DNA of 37,642 nucleotides from a virus: UHGV virus genome UHGV-0029174; one strand, 5' to 3'. Shown piece by piece: positions 33,994 to 37,642 of this stretch (position 1 is its first letter; each line of letters starts with the position of its first letter). The notes under the pieces were generated by a model. It saw only the letters and a program-made list of their open reading frames with translations, ran no database searches and was not told where the DNA came from. The position numbers and the translations under genes were made by a program.

Positions 33994-34036
33994 GCGATCA
34001 CAACACAAAATGTATATTTATGTGATCGCAATCACG
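33994..34036. promoter_or_regulatory. operator-like palindrome GCGATCACA-N18-TGTGATCGC with adjacent CRP-like TGTGATCGCAATCACG; candidate minus-strand promoter (TTAACA-N17-TAAATA)
   Basis: Perfect 9-bp inverted arms; shares TGTGATCGC and ATGTATATT with the 5511..5580 promoter region. Confidence 0.4.
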
Positions 34037-34039
34037 ATG

Positions 34040-34660
34040 TTAATGAAGTACGCGTTTTTCAGGTTCTGGCATTGGCTGTGCGTCTTTCCGCGCGTCATTA
34101 AGCACGGCTATAGCTGCCTGTACACCTAGATCATTTGCACGCATATCATTGCCAACTATTTCGCCGTAAAACAATGGCATGAGATGTTTAACCTCTTCTT
34201 CTTCGTAGCCGTCATCAACGAACTTCTCTAGCAATTTAACTTCAAATAGTTTTTTCATCATGTCACGCATAGTATGCAGTGCAATGCTACCCATATGATT
34301 TTCATCCAGCGGGAAGATAACAGCGCTTCCGAACGCCATCGGGTCAATTTCTTCCGGCACTGGCACTCGACCAAATTCCTCTTCCATGCGTTTTACGAAA
34401 GCAAGACAGAAGACGTAACGAGCTACGGCAGTTTTTTCTTCAGCGTTTAAAGACACATAATCGCGGATCGACGCGTCCATCATAATATCAACAATCTGCA
34501 TAGCCAGGTTCAAATCAGCGTCATACGCACCAGCTTCCATATCTTTTAATACTTCGTGATAATCTTTAATTTCTACTTCATGAAAACTTGCATCTTCAGT
34601 GTAGCGAGTGATTAACATGCCTTCGCTGCCGAGTGAATAAGCCGTTTTGATGTCTTTCAT
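34040..34660 (-). CDS. hypothetical protein (206 aa)
   Basis: Track ORF; no domain recognised. Confidence 0.5.
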   Translation of the reverse strand: MKDIKTAYSLGSEGMLITRYTEDASFHEVEIKDYHEVLKDMEAGAYDADLNLAMQIVDIMMDASIRDYVSLNAEEKTAVARYVFCLAFVKRMEEEFGRVPVPEEIDPMAFGSAVIFPLDENHMGSIALHTMRDMMKKLFEVKLLEKFVDDGYEEEEVKHLMPLFYGEIVGNDMRANDLGVQAAIAVLNDARKDAQPMPEPEKRVLH

Positions 34661-34673
34661 GATATTTATCCTT

Positions 34674-35006
34674 TTATAGTGGGTGATGCCATTTCATTTC
34701 AGTTTCTGGATTGAACGGGTTTCCTTCGCTTGAAAGGAATAAATCACGCGCCCGTTTTAGCTCTTCCTGGCCTATTTCTATTTCATCAATCTGACCGAAC
34801 GATCCAGGCATCATCCGTTTTAAATCAGATAGCGGGCGCATAAGGCCGCAACCGCGCAACAACATGTCTAACGCGAACTGTCGCCGCCCAGCTGCATCAT
34901 TAAAGCGACGCGCCCACGGTACACACACTATCCGGCGTTCGAACTCAATAAATAGTGATAGCTTATTTGTTTCGCTATCATAGGCCTTATGTAATTTAAT
35001 TTTCAT
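34674..35006 (-). CDS. hypothetical protein (110 aa)
   Basis: Track ORF. Confidence 0.5.
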   Translation of the reverse strand: MKIKLHKAYDSETNKLSLFIEFERRIVCVPWARRFNDAAGRRQFALDMLLRGCGLMRPLSDLKRMMPGSFGQIDEIEIGQEELKRARDLFLSSEGNPFNPETEMKWHHPL

Positions 35007-35187
35007 TTAACACCTCAACATATTGTTCAAGATGCCATTTACCCACCTCGTCGTCTTCTTCATCAAATAATGTTACTTGCCCCCCTGGCCCGAAAGAAAA
35101 GGCAGCGACAATAAATTTATAGCCATACCATGTGCGGATCTTTTCGCCGCCTTTCAGGTCTTTAACTTTCACTAATTTTATAGCCAT
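34996..35187 (-). CDS. hypothetical protein (63 aa)
   Basis: Track ORF. Confidence 0.45.
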   Translation of the reverse strand: MAIKLVKVKDLKGGEKIRTWYGYKFIVAAFSFGPGGQVTLFDEEDDEVGKWHLEQYVEVLNEN

Positions 35188-35450
35188 ACGCCAAACATCC
35201 CATTCAGTCCGGCAAACAATTTCCGCCAGTGGTTTTCAACATAAGCCCGGAACGGCTTAACGCGAACATTGCGGGCCTTCAGTTCAATATCATCAAAGAA
35301 ACGCGGCTCTATGATTGTTCCGTCCAGGTATTTAACCAGTAATGGACGTTCGAGATCGTTACACATCTTATTCAGTACAACCAGGCCAGGGTCATCACGA
35401 TATTCAGGCAACACGACAAGATCACCAGCCTTTGCATCCCATGTTTTCAT
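35178..35450 (-). CDS. hypothetical protein (~90 aa)
   Basis: ATG 35450 overlaps stop of upstream small TM peptide (TGATG). Confidence 0.5.
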   Translation of the reverse strand: MKTWDAKAGDLVVLPEYRDDPGLVVLNKMCNDLERPLLVKYLDGTIIEPRFFDDIELKARNVRVKPFRAYVENHWRKLFAGLNGMFGVWL

Positions 35451-35569
35451 CACAGTAATCCCCTGAAAATAAGGCTAACCAGCGCGGCAAATGCGCCACA
35501 AAAAACAACCACAAACAGGAAGCAAATAATGCAAAACGCTACAGTCACAATATCCTTACCGACTTTCAT
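35450..35569 (-). CDS. small TM peptide (39 aa, MKVGKDIVTVAFCIICFLFVVVFCGAFAALVSLIFRGLL)
   Basis: Hydrophobic; coupled to flanking genes; below track size cut-off. Confidence 0.35.
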   Translation of the reverse strand: MKVGKDIVTVAFCIICFLFVVVFCGAFAALVSLIFRGLL

Positions 35570-35577
35570 GATTGGCC

Positions 35578-35691
35578 TCACATGTTAGTAATGAGTTTAA
35601 TAATCGCTACCGTGATATAAAGAGATACGCTGAGATACAGCACAGCGATAGATAAAGCCGCAAGCAATGCGGCAATTTTTGCAAAGCTCAT
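35578..35691 (-). CDS. small TM peptide (37 aa, MSFAKIAALLAALSIAVLYLSVSLYITVAIIKLITNM)
   Basis: ATG overlaps stop of upstream gene (ATGA); hydrophobic. Confidence 0.35.
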   Translation of the reverse strand: MSFAKIAALLAALSIAVLYLSVSLYITVAIIKLITNM

Positions 35692-35912
35692 TTGCCACCC
35701 TCCGCAATTAACTTATCAAGCCATTTGTTATTAGCCAGCCGTTCGGCATCTTCGCCGAATGATTTACGGTCGCTTAATTCCTGGCGAGTAGGCTTAGGCC
35801 ATTTATCGTGCCACCCCGCAGACGTTTCGAACTCATACAGGCCGCCGTCAAAACAAATAAGCTCATCACGACCGTCAGGAATTTCCTTATCTACTTCTTT
35901 TTCTTCAATCAT
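35688..35912 (-). CDS. hypothetical protein (74 aa)
   Basis: Track ORF. Confidence 0.5.
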   Translation of the reverse strand: MIEEKEVDKEIPDGRDELICFDGGLYEFETSAGWHDKWPKPTRQELSDRKSFGEDAERLANNKWLDKLIAEGGK

Positions 35913-35924
35913 GATAACACCTCA

Positions 35925-36203
35925 TTAATCGTTAATGACCTGGCCCATACGCCCGCGATATTTGCGCATACGTGGATCGACATATTCAGGCCAATGCATA
36001 TCCGGTTTTCTTTGCAGTGGGTAAAAACTTGCCTGCCAGTTGTCGAACCATATTTGCTTTGCGTACAGGTCACTAAATCTTTTTGCGAATCTCTCTGCTG
36101 AATCTCCATTAATGAAAAAGCCCGCTGCTATTTGCTCGCGGGCATCGTCAATCACCTGAACCATTGTCCGTGGCGGCGGCGGCGATTTTAAATAATCATC
36201 CAT
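35925..36203 (-). CDS. hypothetical protein (92 aa)
   Basis: Track ORF. Confidence 0.5.
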   Translation of the reverse strand: MDDYLKSPPPPRTMVQVIDDAREQIAAGFFINGDSAERFAKRFSDLYAKQIWFDNWQASFYPLQRKPDMHWPEYVDPRMRKYRGRMGQVIND

Positions 36204-36396
36204 CGTTAATCACCTCGTCATGCGCGTTGGCTCCCTCACCATGTTTGTTGTGCCACGCTCGATGGCATATCGGGCAAAGCCACATAACATCTAGCGGCTT
36301 GTCATAATCGCAATGGTGCGCGTGTACGCGGTCGCTTCTTCCGCATACTTCGCAAGGTTGCCTAATTAGTTTGCCGCATTTAATCGCATATTTCAC
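36196..36396 (-). CDS. HNH endonuclease core (66 aa from GTG; stop-to-stop frame extends to 36531)
   Basis: CEVCG...HAHHCDYDKP...LCPICHRAWH is a classic HNH motif with Cys pairs. Confidence 0.6.
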   Translation of the reverse strand: MKYAIKCGKLIRQPCEVCGRSDRVHAHHCDYDKPLDVMWLCPICHRAWHNKHGEGANAHDEVINDG

Positions 36397-36493
36397 TAAC
36401 CATCCAGCACGATATTTCTTCTTATTATTAAGCCTCCATTTTTTCCCCGCCTTATTAAAACTATTTCTCCCTTGCTCTGTTTTTCTATACTCG

Positions 36494-36703
36494 TCATAAT
36501 ATCCATATGAGTTGTATCTCTCTATATTCTTTTATTTTATCTTTGTTATCTCTCCTGTATTTGTCGTTATACTTATTTTTACAGTTCTTGCATTTATTAC
36601 AATGACCGTCACGTTTTGAGTTATCTTTATGAAAACAAGAAAGGGGCAATAATGCCCCACATTTTATACACTGTTTACAACGCGTAGATTCTGTGTCGTC
36701 CAT
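36494..36703 (-). pseudogene. Cys-rich zinc-ribbon-like ORF (~70 aa), probably the N-terminal part of the adjacent HNH gene separated by a +1 frame change in an A-rich tract
   Basis: MDDTESTRCKQCIKCG...CNKCKNCK; frame ends at 36494 while the HNH frame is open from 36531; frames differ by +1 in an AT-rich stretch. Confidence 0.35.
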
Positions 36704-37124
36704 ATTGTAACCCCACAGGACTAAACGGAATATCTGGATCGAAATCATCCGGCGGCGGATAATTTCCATTATTGTTTTGCGGGGGCGCTTTCTGCTGTTG
36801 TGGCTGTTGGTCATTCCTGCTGCAAAACTCAAATTCATTGACCGCCACTTCTACCGCCGTCCCCTTCGTGCCGTCGTTCCGGTCATATTGCCGAACATCC
36901 AGGCGACCATTTACAACCAGCTTCGTCCCCTTACGGATATGCGGCGCTAATTTTTCCGCCCGCTCACCGAATATCAGGCACGTTACCCACATTGCACGTT
37001 TGTTGTCACCGTAACCCTGCTGAACAGCCAACGAGAAACTACCGATCGCTTTCCCGTTAGACGTATATCTCACCTCTAAATCATTCCCAACGTTACCGCC
37101 CAATGTGATTGAATTTACGCTCAT
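36675..37124 (-). CDS. ssb: single-stranded DNA-binding protein SSB (149 aa), with unusual 15-aa extension after the canonical DIPF tip
   Basis: OB-fold-like N-terminal region, Q/P-rich linker, acidic DDFDPDIPF; continues SPVGLQYGRHRIYAL before stop. Confidence 0.85.
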   Translation of the reverse strand: MSVNSITLGGNVGNDLEVRYTSNGKAIGSFSLAVQQGYGDNKRAMWVTCLIFGERAEKLAPHIRKGTKLVVNGRLDVRQYDRNDGTKGTAVEVAVNEFEFCSRNDQQPQQQKAPPQNNNGNYPPPDDFDPDIPFSPVGLQYGRHRIYAL

Positions 37125-37642
37125 TAACCCATCTCCCCGTTAAGCTCTGATTTTCTGATCTGGTATACGTCGCTCGCTTTCTGTCGTTGCTCTGAGTTTT
37201 CAGGTAATAACTTCCAGCATTTAGCAAAAATTTCTTTTAATGCCTTTTCGTCCGGCGCTTTCGCTGCCGCATCACAGAAGCGTGCTAATACCTCATCAGG
37301 ATTTGGTGGCGCTTTCTGCTGCTGTGGTTTTGGTTGGTTTTTCTGCTGGCGTGGCTGTTGACCTGTCTGTTTCGCGTAAGCGTCAGTATCCGCGTCTTTC
37401 GCGTCATCTATGCAGAACAAGCCGTTCAAGGCATATTTCCGCGCGTAACTTGATGTTGCCCCTGTTATTTGCCCGGCCGACATCCCTTTTAGCTCTTGTT
37501 CCTCTCTTGCAAATGCAGTTGCTGAAATTGAATCCTCACCGTCACTTAGTGTTGCCGTAGCTTTCACATAATAGCGATCGCCGATCAGAACAATATCGTC
37601 ACTAACCATTAATGTGACATTTTGGAGCAGTGGTTTAACTGC
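37124..37642 (-). CDS. erf: Erf-family single-strand annealing protein, 5' end beyond window
   Basis: IVLIGDRYYVKATAT and GATSSYARKYALNGLFCIDDAKDADT match remembered P22 Erf motifs; P/Q-rich middle; N-terminal ~40 aa missing. Confidence 0.8.
   Translation of the reverse strand, partial: AVKPLLQNVTLMVSDDIVLIGDRYYVKATATLSDGEDSISATAFAREEQELKGMSAGQITGATSSYARKYALNGLFCIDDAKDADTDAYAKQTGQQPRQQKNQPKPQQQKAPPNPDEVLARFCDAAAKAPDEKALKEIFAKCWKLLPENSEQRQKASDVYQIRKSELNGEMG

Noticed and set aside
36703-36838. N-terminal extension of the zinc-ribbon ORF overlapping ssb
   Set aside because: Overlaps the ssb 3' end in another frame with no SD; trimmed to the internal ATG at 36703
1-37642. CRISPR array, integrase, repressor, tRNA, rRNA, IS element
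   Set aside because: No regularly spaced direct repeats, no tyrosine or serine recombinase motifs, no tRNA-like cloverleaf or transposase ORF found on manual inspection

Overview
The window is a densely packed phage or prophage segment, about 95% coding, with nearly all backbone genes on the minus strand. Reading in transcription order (high to low coordinates): an early recombination region (erf, partial at the window edge; ssb; a possibly frameshifted HNH gene; many small unknown genes; a Dam-like N6-adenine methyltransferase), a nin-like region (NinF-like, NinG, RusA, two HNH_3/AP2 endonucleases, a Q-like zinc-finger protein), an island of about 11 small unknown genes, a lysis cassette (pinholin-like holin, SAR endolysin, Rz with embedded Rz1), terminase small subunit, HNH, terminase large subunit, portal, head genes, and a lambda-like tail module (tape measure, M, L, K, I, J; J runs off the window start). 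Three plus-strand cassettes with their own promoters and terminators sit antisense inside the tail module. Calls rest on motif recognition and remembered homologies, not on database searches; small-ORF coordinates I derived by hand are approximate (+/- a few nt). The most unusual features are a tandem array of six paralogous 22-28 aa transmembrane mini-ORFs beside a HExxH protein between lysis and terminase, the antisense cassettes in the tail module, and recurring promoter/operator motifs. No integrase, repressor, tRNA or CRISPR array was seen.
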